From the NCBI GenBank assembly GCA_051362555.1, contig CM120644.1:23396534-23460533 (forward strand): a DNA stretch of 64,000 nucleotides, read 5' to 3'. Position 1 is the stretch's first letter. Each line of letters starts with the position of its first letter. The notes under the pieces were generated by a model, which made no database searches, had not been told where the DNA came from, and saw nothing but the letters and a program-made list of their open reading frames with translations. This DNA is from Lingula anatina. Lineage: Eukaryota > Animalia > Brachiopoda. The translations under genes and the position numbers were made by a program. Of this stretch, positions 1 to 12,019 are shown piece by piece.

Positions 1-511
1 AAAAAATTGCTATGAGTACTTTAATTAGACTGAACCATTGCTTGAGCAGAAAATTGTATGTTGTGCCACATTCTGTCTGCCCTGCGTTTTCCTGCATGTT
101 GTGACTCTACATGGAATAAAGCACGACGCAGACCATAGTTTTCGGCTGATTTCAGTTACTATGATAGTTCACCCAATAGCAAAAAAATAGGAGAGTTGGG
201 GGGAGGGGACGCTAACTGCGGGTAGAGGAAACAGTAACACCTGCAAACTGATTTCTGAGGAAGGTGTCAAGAAACTCGCCTTTATCTGTCTCTATCATGA
301 ATGTGACCCAAAAACAAACAAAAAAAAAAAAAAATTAACTCAAAAACTGAGTAATAATTTTATCAACAATTTTGCATGTGAGGTCCATTGGTTATTAAGG
401 AGAAAAAATGAAATTTTGTTGTTTTTTTTTTTTTTTTCCTCTGTAGAGGCCTAACACTCATTGTGCACCTTCTAGTTCTTTTGTGAAGGTAGCCCCTGTT
501 GTGACTTTCAG

Positions 512-657
512 GTGAGGATGTGGCTGAGGAGGACACCAATGGTGAGGAAGCAGCTGAGGAGGAGGAGGACGAAGAAGAAGAAATAGATGAGAATGCCATG
601 CTCCAGGAGGATGAGGAGGCCACAGGGGACCAGGACGAGGAGAAAAACGATGAATGA
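512..657 (+). CDS. Terminal coding exon (acidic tail) of the upstream copy of the hnRNP C-like/zinc-finger gene
   Basis: Acceptor ttcag|GT GAG GAT... encodes (G)EDVAEEDTNGEEAAEEEEDEEEEIDENAMLQEDEEATGDQDEEKNDE*. Equivalent to 40905-41047, where the upstream exons are visible. Followed by an AT-rich 3'UTR-like region. Confidence 0.75.
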
Positions 658-782
658 GGAAGATGACAAAAATAACAAATGAAACGTGGCAGAATAAGAC
701 ATCCTTTTCTGTAAGGGAAAGGAGGTAAAAGAACCCTGAAGGAATGACGAAATTGTAAAAGAGAGTTGAAAACATATGGCTT

Positions 783-793
783 TTATTTTTATT

Positions 794-828
<35 letters not shown>

Positions 829-830
829 TT
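783..830. repeat. (ATTT)n microsatellite in the putative 3'UTR
   Basis: Direct tandem ttta/attt repeats; one unit shorter in copy 2 (~41172-41216). Confidence 0.9.
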
Positions 831-2140
831 AGGAATGTAAGTTTTCAGCTAATATGCATATGCAAAGAGGATGACCATTAAAACTGGTTCAGAAAAATGT
901 ATATAAGTGCATAAGGTTATTTTGTACAAAAGAAAAAAAAGTGCAGAAGTGACATTTTCAACTACATTCTGATGGTAGTGCTGAAGACATTGAAAGCAAA
1001 ATGTGACTACTGTATATGTCATTATGTATATAAAAGTACACAATACCTGCAAAGCCTCAAGGATATACAATACAGCAGTACATATTATATATGCTGGTCT
1101 GTAAAATAAAATATTCCAGGTAAATTAGGTGAGTGGCAGTCATGCTTTAGTCTTTTTGTCTGGTTTTTGGTAAGATTTATTGGTTATTTAATCTGCAGTG
1201 TGATATTTTAAAGAAGAACTTAATAGTAACACAGTTCAAAAGTTTATTTGTAAGCAAACAGGGCATTAAATTAAAAGTTGTCTGTTTACAAACTTAAAGG
1301 AAGTCATTTTACATTGAAGTGTTTGGTTTAGATACAGATCAAAAGGGCGCACGTATTTTGAATATGTAAACAAGATTTAGATAAAATGCTAGTTTGAAAT
1401 GGTTGGTCATTTAGTTTGAAAATTGTAATATCCTATTCTCTGAAAAGAGAAGAGTCTGGTGTCAATGCAGCTGTTGTAATAATTAATTCATTATGACTAT
1501 AATATGATTTTGACTAGAAACCAGATAGTTCTCCATTTTCCCCTGATGAACATGGTATATTTAAAGTACAGAAAACCACAAATGGGATAGTTTATATCTT
1601 ACTGGCTATAAGAATCGGAGGTAGAAATATATATATAAATGGATGTTCCATTTATTGCAAACACAGGTACCTATCGTACCACATGTATGTGAGCGTTTTC
1701 AGGATTTTGGCTGTCTGTGTGAGTACATTAAATTGGAGAAAATAGACATAGATAGACAAAGCTCTTTATTTGACTGTCTCTGTAGATATTCAGAAGTTTA
1801 AATTTAAGATTGTCCAAAGGCGAGCAGCAGTGCATATAATTCCTAAGGTTCAAAGACCTGATTGTATTGGTATGTGTAATTCATTTATCAGTTGTTTGTG
1901 ATTGTACATAAATTCGTGGAGTTTTGTATTGTTAGAATGTATTATACATGTAAATCCTTATTGGTAATTACCAAACAGCAGTGAGAATATGATAATCCTA
2001 TAGTGTAAACACTGCATATTGAACATGACAAACATTGATTTCATTTATATCATAAGTAAAGCCATAACATGGTCAATATTCAGGAACTTCTGGGTACAGT
2101 GAATAGTTTTCTGATGGAGAAGAAGGTGAATATACATGTA

Positions 2141-4297
2141 GGGGAGAGCGGGGTTGGTTGGAACAGTTTTCACCTTTTTTGCGATATCTCAGCAGTCAAA
2201 GCTTTGGGGACAAAAATAAAAAATCTGATAGGGGAAAATTATATGCCGCACTCATCTATGAAATAAAACATCAAGTAGGTCTTTTTATTTTAGAGTAATA
2301 AATGCTCAAAGTTGCCTCCTAAAACGTTCCATCTCACCCCACCCGCGGGGTAAGTTGGAACAGGCAGTGGGGTGAGTTGGAACAAGAGGGCGAGTTGGAA
2401 CGCTTGCATATAAATTCAAAGTATAATTCATTTTAAGAGTAGGTTTATCTATATTAATTTCCCAACAAGTGCGTGTTACTTTGTATTCGTATCTCCATAG
2501 TTTGTAAGCATTTTTTACGTTTACAATTCGCTTTCAAATAGTCTTTTCGATGTATAAACCATATCCAGGTACACGTCATTTCATAATGATAACAAAAGTG
2601 GTGTAGTTTAAGAGAAAAGAAATTGAACACACATAACTCAACCTATCAACAACAGTATGTTAGACCTACAAATGAAAACTGTATCTCTTTCAACTCAACA
2701 ACTCAGAATCAAAATCGCAGTTCTGACATACTCAGTATGTACACTTGGTCAACCTTAGTACAGTCTTCATGTGACCACTTTAGACAAACAATGCATTTAA
2801 CCCATTTCTCTTTTGGTCGGCTGTTAATGAACGGCTCCCCACAAACCAGAGATGGCCACTCTTCTTCTGACTCAGAATCGTTGGTCATCTTTAATTTCCT
2901 TTTTCTTGATTTTCTCTATCGACTAGAAATCTTTAACTGTTTTTTATTTTTGTTGCGCTTGTCCTTTTTAATTTTGTTGGGCTTGGCCTTTTCTTTTTCG
3001 AGCAGCTCATTTTCAGGTGTGTCAGTTAGTACTGCACTGCATCGTTTTCTTCTTTTAACATTTGGACTGCGACGGTGAGCCTTCGGAACCGGTCTAATTA
3101 TTGCTGGACTTGAGCTGTTTTGGGCTTTTCTTAAGTGCGCTTTAGACCCCATTTCCGGAGATTAGATCGATCTACTTTAGATCGACCTAACTCCCTGGGG
3201 GTTCACGCTAAATAGCTGTCAGCCGAGCGGACACCAAAGTTAATTACCCCCTTACAGCTTGTAGTAGGCGGGACGGACATTTAAGCCGGATTATCTGACA
3301 GTAATCTAGTGACAGTAATCTAGATCGATCTAAAAGCCTTAGTGTGCTGTAGCACCTCTTCCGGTGAGGGCAACTGAGATTTCAACTGAATCTATGCCTA
3401 AGTTACGAGGTGAATGTTTGTCTTTTCTGGCGGATTTTGTGCCCTCGTTCACTAAACATTAACAGCAACCCCCAACCCATTACACAAAGCATCTAAAACA
3501 ATATTGGCAGAATTGGTGTTGTATAGTTTATCCAAAACATAGGCTCTCAGCTAGAATATTTTCATTTTGCCGCGAAAAGCAGAGTAATAATCGACATTTC
3601 CTTCCACATATAAAAGCAATTTATCGCAAAAAGCAACAGTGGGCATGCAGACAATTTTCGACCAAACAGCTAGCAACTGCATTTAACAAGCAGTGACCAT
3701 CCCCCCTTGTATCTTCTACACGCATGTACATTCCGGCATCTTGGAGATGTTCTATCAGCTAGATTTCGTCTCCAGTTGGAGTTGTACTGGGTTACTACGT
3801 TACTACTCTCTTCAAAGTTGAAATTAAAACATTTGGAGAGGTTTAAAAAATGAAAAACACCGTGCGGGGTGGGTTGGAACACCCCTGACAGTGTTCCAAC
3901 TGGCCCCATGTCAAATGTTCCGACCAGCCCCCATGACGTCATGGCCTACTTATGACACTGTATTTCTTTAACACGTGGGAAGTGATTAAAAAAAACAACA
4001 GCTTTTTGAACATCAAGGTGGTCCTAAACGCTTTGCACAATTTCAGTGATATAATCCTTATACTTTAGTTTACAGCACGATGAATGTCAAAAATATGAAA
4101 ACTTACTTCGAGTAGCGAAAATAAGTTTTTTTCGCATAAAACTTTTAATGCATTTTCGAAACTTCCACAAGTTTACCAGATGAATAACCATGCCACGTGA
4201 CATTTTTATGCTGAAGGAGCACATGATCGGTCTTGTGATTTAAGAAATAAAGCCAATGTTCCAACTTACCCGCGTTCCAACCCACCCCGCTCTCCCC
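2141..4297 (-). mobile_element. Degenerate pogo/DDE_1-like (Tc1/mariner superfamily) DNA transposon with TA target-site duplication
   Basis: 24-bp TIRs GGGGAGAGCGGGGT(T/G)GGTTGGAAC; TA at 2139-2140 and 4298-4299; precise empty site in copy 2 (catgTAattg, ~42532). The minus strand has transposase C-terminal remnants (PAIIRPVPKA..RKRCSAVLTDTP, then a decayed PHD-like ..EKWVKCIVCLKWSHEDC). Confidence 0.9.
3145..3338 (+). mobile_element. Harbinger-like MITE nested in the pogo-like element
   Basis: Same family as 7485-7823; flanked by TTA on both sides; right end partly deleted. Confidence 0.65.
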
Positions 4298-5258
4298 TAA
4301 TTGTAGATCTCACTGCCGCACAGAGGCGCAAATGATTTATGATAATTTTGTTGATTTTATATAAAATATTCAAAAACTTATGATAAAGATGTATGTTTTG
4401 TTGACAATTTTGTGTCCATCTTACAGAATATGTCTATTAAAATGCACTTTCAGGGTTTTTTGTTTTAAAAGCTTAGGGAATGGATTAACAAGTGTCTCAA
4501 ATTTGTCAATAAATTTGGTCTTATACATAACCCTTAGACTGTGATGAAATGAGCATGGCTACCCAAGTTATTTATTTTTATTTTATTTATTTTTTGCTTT
4601 GTATATTGATTTATCAATTTTCCATTGAAACGCTTTTCATACTGGATTCTTGTGTGTGTATGTAGACAATGTACACTATTGGTCAAAAATTGTGTCCTAA
4701 CTCGAGTTCCATGACATGGCATGTGTTTTTGTTTACATATGATCATCTCACAGCTGTAAACCATTTTAAATATTTTTTAAATTCCATTTACCATACCTAA
4801 TTTGACGTGCGGTACAGAAAGTACAAAATGTCGATCTATATTATATACCATTTATTCAAGTTTAGAGCATACGCTCCTCAAATCTGACGTTCCACTGTCA
4901 TTTCCATTGAGCAAAAAAAGACCAGCAAAATTAAAAATATGCCACCAGATACACACACGATTAGCTTGAGCATACAATCCTCTGGCTCAGTTCATTTATG
5001 AGAACAGTAAATACATCATTACCAAAATCACGAAGCATGCAATTGGTATAAAGATTGCTGTTGCGCTTTCTTCCAGTCCAAAAGGAGTTTCTTACTTTTC
5101 CCTCAGTCGGCGTCAGAATGAGGCAAAAATGACGCGAAAGATCCTGTGTTTGTGTGAGCGCACGATTGTGTGGAACATCTACGGGGGAGACGAGAGAGAG
5201 AGAGGTAACAAGAGACCAGCTCAATGCTGAGAGTCCATGTAGTACTACTGTGAGTACA

Positions 5259-5475
5259 GCCCCCTTTACACTGGACGGCGTCCTTTCTGCTTCCGTTAGA
5301 ACGGCCCCGTTTGAGAGCAAATAAAACCATTACTTCTGTGCCGACAACTGATCGATCACTGAGGATTCAATCTGTAGCCAAAGCGATGCTTATGCCTCTT
5401 CTCTACGACCATATCGATGCCAGTTACATAGTCCACAAAGGACGCAGAAAGGACGCCGTCTAGTGTGAAAGGGGC
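5259..5475. mobile_element. MITE with ~32-bp TIRs (PIF/Harbinger-like ends); copy at 43474-43690
   Basis: gccccctttacactggacggcgtcctttctgc ... gcagaaaggacgccgtctagtgtgaaaggggc. No clear TSD. Confidence 0.7.
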
Positions 5476-7484
5476 TTAAAAAACGGAATACATTTCAAAA
5501 TTTTTTAGAGGGCGAGGGGGCATGTCTCCAGTTTAACTTACAGGCACCAGGACACCGCAGTATATATATCTACCTCACCATGACATGTTGCGGGCCATGT
5601 TGACTGTTGACTTCCCGAAAAACGCGGGATATCCAACATGACAGACAGCAATCAACATCGACAATTTTGATCGTAGTAGTAGTACAATTTTATTATTACA
5701 TGTACTGTATCAAAGGGATTGAACTCTCAAGATGAAAGTAAGCCGAGTTAACTGATAACCCTTTTGGTTCTTTCACACAGAGTATGCTTAAAATAGATCA
5801 AAATACGTGAATCAAGTGACATGCCTTGGCTATCTTCATCCCAAATGTGCCCATAAAATGTAAAATGTAGCACAGCTGATCTTACTTAAGCCCCGATTAT
5901 ATAGTGAACCTTTCGATGCACGTAAATTACTTGGAGTTACTGTTGCACACATATTGATCCCATTTACATAAATAGAATAAAATGTGAATAGTGTACAGTA
6001 TAAAGTAAAATTTCGTTTTTAACTGAAGATGTGAGGTTGTTTGTTATGCTTTTCTGTGCACGTGAAGTGAAAGACTTCACTCGGGATTTGGAATCACGTC
6101 GGAGCCCTTCGTTGACGAAATGGCGTCTCAGTATACGCATCTTATAAGTTATAATATAACTAAATTTAGTGATAGCCACGCTATGATCAAGGCACAAACA
6201 GGAATTTTACTTTTTAAATTTTAAATTAAAATTTTACCGCCCAGTTTCACTCACACACATACATAGAACTACCTGGCATTAGTATATACTCAGAGAACTT
6301 GGGTGGGCATCGACCCTAAGAACCCAAGTCACTCACGCGACATTGGTCAATTAAGTTATAAAGTACATTGATATATCCCACTGTTTTCAGACTAACTTGA
6401 CTTCCAGCTTGTTCCTACTTGTACAATATACATATTTTATTTCAGTTATATTTTTGTAGTTTTCTGTGAAGTGAAAATACCCAAGCTATCAGAAGCGATA
6501 GAAGTGACCACTATAAGATCACATACCTAAGTAAGCATCAATATATATATATATACCCCATTCAACTTTTGGATGTCTTAATTCAATGGGCTTCTCTATG
6601 TAAAACATCCTCCGTAAGCATGGCGCGGTCGCAAAGGGGCAAAATGACTCGATATAATTTTGTGGGGAAAATGACTCGTTTCAGGAAATAAACAGTTCAA
6701 CTTATGCTTTACTACTAAACAATGTGTTATTATTATGTTTAAGTGCCGTAGCACTAGATAATCCTTAAATAATCACAAGTTACCCTACACCGGTCTGATA
6801 CGAACTGTCCAAGATACATATTCATTTCTAAAAAGATGGTATCCTACCTTTAGCTTTCTATAATGCTGTCAGTTCAGCTAAGGGTGGGAGGGGGGGGGGG
6901 ATAAAGTCAGCAGCTGTTAACACTAAAAATGTATTCACACTATCGTGTATATCCCGAAAGTAATAATTATAAAAATAAAAAAATATATTTAAAGAACGTA
7001 AAACATGTTACACATGGCCCTCAATACAAGCAGTGAACGAAGTTTTTAAACAAACAAATGACAGACGAAAACATTGCTTCCATACTATGTAACTACAGAA
7101 GGCAAAAAAATTAAATCAAGTACATAAAGCTAGCAAACAGATCAATAAATAAAGTAGATGAAAAATAAAGTTGTATGGAAAGCTGTATAGACTTTACCAT
7201 CTAGCCCAATGCAGTACTCAACATGACAGTAGTAATATAAATTTTTCCACAAAAAATTTCCACAAATCTCAACGCGTCTTACAGTAAGTAAATTAAATTA
7301 ATATGAACACTGACAAAAATTATATTGAAAATACAAAGAAAGTAATAATCTCATACAGCAACAACACTGGGTTAAAAAATATCAGACAGTAAAAAATATA
7401 AAAGATATGCGTCTTTAAAAAATTGTTTAAAAAAATACGTCTTGGTTTGTCCTGATTCTACACAGAGCTTATTCCCGAGTTTTA

Positions 7485-7823
7485 GACCCCATTCCGAGAG
7501 ATTAGGGGCGTATTCCCATAGATTTTAGATCGATCTATCCCCGTGGGGAGTCTCAGCTATTTAGCGTGAACCCCCAGGGAGTTAGGTCGATCTAGTTTGG
7601 ATCGATCTAATTTCTGGGAATGGGGTTTAGATTGATCCAACTAGATCGACCTAACTCCCTGGGGGTTCACGCTAAATAGCTGTCAGCCGAGCGGGCACGA
7701 AAGTTAATTACCCCCTTACAGCTTGTGGTAGGCGGGACGGACATTTAAGCCGGATTATCTGACAGTAATCTAGTGAGACTCCCCACGGGGATAGATCGAT
7801 CTAAAATCTATGGGAATGCGCCC
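7485..7823 (+). mobile_element. Harbinger-like MITE containing an inverted, internally deleted copy of itself (7506-7627); copy at 45696-46034
   Basis: TTA|GACCCCATTCC...GGAATGCGCCC|TTA. The inner copy is flanked by a (T)TAG duplication and is the reverse complement of the outer element's two ends. Confidence 0.7.
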
Positions 7824-7978
7824 TTAGAGCATATAACTCAAATGCACGGCCTCCGTTACACATACGTATACCTCTGTTTCACACCAAGTGAAAAATGTAA
7901 AATCTACCTGTCGCAGGACTACTTTCATCATCATATCAGAGATACCCATACTAATATTAAAACTTTGAAAAGCCATGC

Positions 7979-9319
7979 CTACGTTGGTGTAATCAGTGAA
8001 TACTTTTTATCGACCTGAAGCATTTTATAAATTCGATCACATGCCACGGTGGGATTTTTCTCGCCAAATATGGGGAATCCATGCGATTTGTAATACGACA
8101 ACAATCGGTTCACATCCTGGTAGTGTCTTTCTTGAGCCTTCATACAGCCCGGGTGCCAGGTCCAGTCGGTGAACTCAAAATTAAACAGGTCTCTTTGAAT
8201 GACGCTCCTACTGAAAAATCTACAGTGATTCGGGCACATTTCGAAGCCACCGGAATAGCAAATCCCCATCAGAAGAGCTTGAGGGTAGTAAGTTTCCCTG
8301 TCGTACGGTGTTTTCAACAGTTCCTGTTTGGGTACTGTCTGATATTTCCAATGCATTGAAGTTCTAGCGATGGGGGATAGTTCCTCCGTCGTAAAATTTT
8401 CTTTGTAAGTTTTGAGAGGTGCTCTCCCGGGGAGTTCGGCTTTGAAGTCTCCGTTTGGGCGCATTTGGATGCGAAAGATGTATTCCTTGCGATGGAGAGT
8501 GTATATACACTGGCACATTATGCTGAATTGAGAAAAGAGATTGTCGACTGATATTTCTTTAATGATTGCATCGAAAGATTTCTTATGTAACCGCTCCAAG
8601 TAATGGCGACATTCAACAACATGTTTTACTTTTATGATGACAGGAAAGTATGACATGCATTTCATGACTTCTCCAGTCCCGAATAAATTGTAATGCTTCA
8701 TTGTTGTCATTCCCCATTCTTTCGTCAGAAACTGGCCAACGACGCCGACCACGATAGGTTTGCCGTCTCTGAAAAGGTCTTCCGGCGTAACAACCGTAAC
8801 GAACAGAGTGTCTGTATCCACGTAGCCAACGTACTCGGCCTTGGTGTAATTTTCGGGATAAAACATCGACCGCTGCATACGGCTTGGCCCTCGATGGTTG
8901 TATATTTCTGGGTAGGGGTCTTCAAAGAAAACCTTCGGAAAAGGCGGGCTGTCTCTTATCGTTGCTTCCAACGCATGGTCCTGTTTCGATTCATTGTCTA
9001 AGATAACCATCACACGAATATGACGCGGCCAGAAAAGCATCAAGCTGGGTTTGAAGATCTTCTCGTAAAGATGATGATGTTTGTGGTACATGCGAAGGAA
9101 CAGTTCAAGCGTCGGAACAGAGTCCCAGACACCTGGGATATTGGATTTAGACCCGCTAGCACTAGTACCTGCCGGCGCCCCTTCATCCACGACGTGGCTT
9201 GGTCCTCCGTAGAGACTTTGGAGCGGGGACGTTGTTTTCTTATGCATTGTTATTAACAATACCATAATGCCCCCTATCGCCACACCGATCCATAATCTTA
9301 TTAGTAGCGTACTTCTCAT
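7979..9319 (-). CDS. 446-aa intronless type II membrane protein, putative GT-A fold glycosyltransferase/nucleotide-diphospho-sugar transferase
   Basis: Long uninterrupted ORF, more GC/CpG-rich than its flanks. N-terminal signal anchor (LLIRLWIGVAIGGIMVLLI), S/G/P-rich stem, and a hydrophobic strand plus DxD motif (YVGYVDTDTLF). Confidence 0.8.
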   Translation of the reverse strand: MRSTLLIRLWIGVAIGGIMVLLITMHKKTTSPLQSLYGGPSHVVDEGAPAGTSASGSKSNIPGVWDSVPTLELFLRMYHKHHHLYEKIFKPSLMLFWPRHIRVMVILDNESKQDHALEATIRDSPPFPKVFFEDPYPEIYNHRGPSRMQRSMFYPENYTKAEYVGYVDTDTLFVTVVTPEDLFRDGKPIVVGVVGQFLTKEWGMTTMKHYNLFGTGEVMKCMSYFPVIIKVKHVVECRHYLERLHKKSFDAIIKEISVDNLFSQFSIMCQCIYTLHRKEYIFRIQMRPNGDFKAELPGRAPLKTYKENFTTEELSPIARTSMHWKYQTVPKQELLKTPYDRETYYPQALLMGICYSGGFEMCPNHCRFFSRSVIQRDLFNFEFTDWTWHPGCMKAQERHYQDVNRLLSYYKSHGFPIFGEKNPTVACDRIYKMLQVDKKYSLITPT

Positions 9320-9480
9320 GACTGTAGGCCTACATGTGGTTTCATTTCAAAACCAGCAGAGCGTTTTTTGTAGCAATACCTGAGTACACCAGTCGAAAAG
9401 TCACTGCAAATTATAAACAGATCGCTAGATGTCCACCTTTCCAAAGAGAATGTTGACACGGCTTACACACTTCGGGGGTT

Positions 9481-9691
9481 ACCTTGACTGGTCGGTGAAC
9501 GGGTGTCGTAAAATCGTCCTATTATTAATAAACCGGGTGCATCAACCTGAAAAAACTATAATAAAATAACTGTCATTCTATTATGCCAAAGCACATTTTA
9601 AAAACACCAAATTCGATAGCAGCATTCAAAACGTAATAATAAAATAATCATTTGGTTATCTTACGACACTCGTTTACTGACAAGTCAAGGT
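9481..9691. mobile_element. MITE with ~34-bp imperfect TIRs just upstream of the 446-aa gene; copy at 47686-47896
   Basis: accttgactggtcggtgaacgggtgtcgtaaaat ... atcttacgacactcgtttactgacaagtcaaggt. Confidence 0.7.
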
Positions 9692-10394
9692 GAGCGTCAA
9701 GGTGACGACCGCAACAACAACAACACTGGGTTAAAAAATATCAGACAGTAAACCTAAAACACGGAACAGCGGAACAACGGAACAGCGGAACAGACTATAA
9801 TGCGGAACATTGTTACTGTGGAACACACGACGCAGGAACGGAACAGCATAAAAGACGGAACGTTTAATTGTTGTGACTGCTGGCTTGCGGAACCAACAGT
9901 GCGGAACGGCCTTAGAAAACAAACGCTCCAATAACAACCAAAGAAAATTGTGACGTCACAGATAACTTAGACTATTAATAAATTTACAATTACAAGTAAA
10001 CAAGAAAATATTTTTACAAAATAAAAATATCAAAATTATAAATATGCGTCAGCTCATTGTTTTATATCAATAAATTCCTGAAATTACATTAGTTTTTATT
10101 TCAATGGTGATAAATCTTTTATTGTAGCAAATTAAACCCTACCATTGTATAAGTCATAGACGTTTGAGAGTGTATAAAAAGGCAAAATTACAGTAAGTAA
10201 GTAAAGGATGATGTGTTTTCTATCTCACCCCACCAATACTCACTACTGTTTTTTATGTTTCTTTTCTCTTTTCAATAAAAATTAGAGATATTTGTTGTTT
10301 GTTTTCCTATGTGCAAACTGTGGAGTCTACGTCATAATCGCTATCACCATAACGCTACAATAGCACTAGCAGCGGCAACACTTAGAGATGCGCG

Positions 10395-11211
10395 ATGGCG
10401 CAGAGAATGGTTGATACAATATCTGAAAAAAACGCCCCGCTAACAACAGATAAAGTGTGTCGACTATTTAATCACACTGAGAAAGTGGACGTCATTCCGT
10501 TTCGACCAAAAGGAGGACAAACATTTGTTTTCAAAGCCAATTCGGAGGCGGAAAAAGAAGACTGGAGGGCAGACGGCCATAGGTGGACAAACGGCAGTTC
10601 TAAAAAATTACCTAGGAAACAACCATTATACAAAAAATCATACTTTTATGCAAAGGGTGCAGATGGAAAAGCCACCGTCATGCAGTTGTCCACTGAAAGA
10701 TGGGTGCGTGCACCTTATGGCAGTGCCCATGAGCATCAATTTGCCATTAGAGAAATCAGGCCTCAAATACTTATCAACTGTCAGGAAAAACGCAAGAGGG
10801 CCGAAAAGAGCAAAGCCTGGAAGGAAAAAACCTCGGGTGGGTGATGTATGTGACACCGGAACGGAACACTTAGCTCTAGACGCGGAACAACAGAACAACT
10901 ACCACGGAACGGAACACATAGACATCGCCCACGGAACGGAACACTTAACTCTGGACGCGGAACACAGAGACAACGGCTACGGAGCGGAATACTTAACTCG
11001 GGACACGGAACAACGGAACAATGACCACGGAACGGAACACATAGACATCGACCACGGAACGGAACACTTAACTCGGGACACGGAACAACGGAACAATGAC
11101 CACGGAACGGAACACTTAATTAACTCTGGACCACGGAACGGAACACTTAACTCACACAGACATCGACCACGGAATGGAACACTTAACTCTGGACGCGGAA
11201 CACATCGATGA
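10395..11211 (+). pseudogene. MULE transposase remnant: CG-1/WRKY-GCM-like N-terminal DNA-binding region joined out of frame to a SWIM finger and HGTEH repeats
   Basis: RPKGGQTFVF..EDWRADGHRW..KKLPRK..YKKSYF in one frame; SCSCPLKDGCVH (CxCx5CxH) and a basic KPGRKKPR in the next frame. Confidence 0.7.
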
Positions 11212-12019
11212 AAGTTTTCAAAGGGACATCAGCTACAGCAGAGAAGTGTGGATCCCGGCTGACAGGAATATTATTAAAGAAAATTTGAACGTCAGAGACC
11301 GCGACATAATCACTGACCCTTGCGGTTGGCTAAATGGAACCATCATCGACGCTTGTCATGATATAATTAAATATCAATTCCCGCTTCTAGAAGGACTCGA
11401 GTCATGTGCTCTGGCAGTACAGCTAGATTTCAAGCGTCACAAAAATCAATTCATCCAAATTATAAACCGAACACCAGACCGCGGTACACACTGGCTCACA
11501 GTATCAAACATTGGGTGTGCCCCAGATACAGTTAATATATGCGATTCCTCTTTCAGTGACATTCCAACTGTGGAACAAATGTGCATTGCGTCATTAATAG
11601 CACCATCGTCTGCAAGAACTCTACAAATTAACGTTTTGGACGTAACGCAACAAAACAACAACTATGATTGCGGTCTGTACGCAATAGCAAATATGGTTGC
11701 CTTGGCGCATGGTAAAGATCCCACAAACATGAAGTATGACAGTAAAAAACTGCGTTCACATTTATTTTTTTGTTTAGAAAGACGACATCTTTCTCTTTTT
11801 CCGATAACAAGCAGACGTAAAATTAAAAATCCTATCAAAAATTCGGTCGCGGTAAATTTATATTGTAATTGTAAATTACCAGATACACATACCCTCTATG
11901 TCATCTGTGACGGGTGCAATGAGGAATATCATCCTCAGTGTATAGGACGCAGTGACGAGGACGCATTGAATGAAGAACGAATGTATTGCACAGAATGCAG
12001 AAAAAGACAACAACAATAA
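11174..12019 (+). CDS. Transposon-borne Ulp1/SENP (peptidase C48)-like protease plus C-terminal PHD finger
   Basis: WLNGTIIDA, THW, ICDS and QQNNNYDCG (His-Asp-Cys triad with oxyanion Gln). PHD pattern LYCNC..ICDGCNEEYHPQC..YCTEC. Confidence 0.85.
   Translation: MEHLTLDAEHIDESFQRDISYSREVWIPADRNIIKENLNVRDRDIITDPCGWLNGTIIDACHDIIKYQFPLLEGLESCALAVQLDFKRHKNQFIQIINRTPDRGTHWLTVSNIGCAPDTVNICDSSFSDIPTVEQMCIASLIAPSSARTLQINVLDVTQQNNNYDCGLYAIANMVALAHGKDPTNMKYDSKKLRSHLFFCLERRHLSLFPITSRRKIKNPIKNSVAVNLYCNCKLPDTHTLYVICDGCNEEYHPQCIGRSDEDALNEERMYCTECRKRQQQ

Noticed and set aside
363-775. Minus-strand Ser/Pro-rich ORFs (also 40759-41165)
   Set aside because: Antisense shadows of the GAG/GAA-rich acidic exon on the + strand.
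8081-9256. Several + strand ORFs overlapping the 446-aa gene
   Set aside because: Antisense frames of a real CDS with no recognisable motifs.
11174-12019. Ulp1-PHD ORF as a host SENP gene
   Set aside because: It lies between TIRs next to SWIM/CG-1-like remnants, is intronless, and is disrupted in copy 2.
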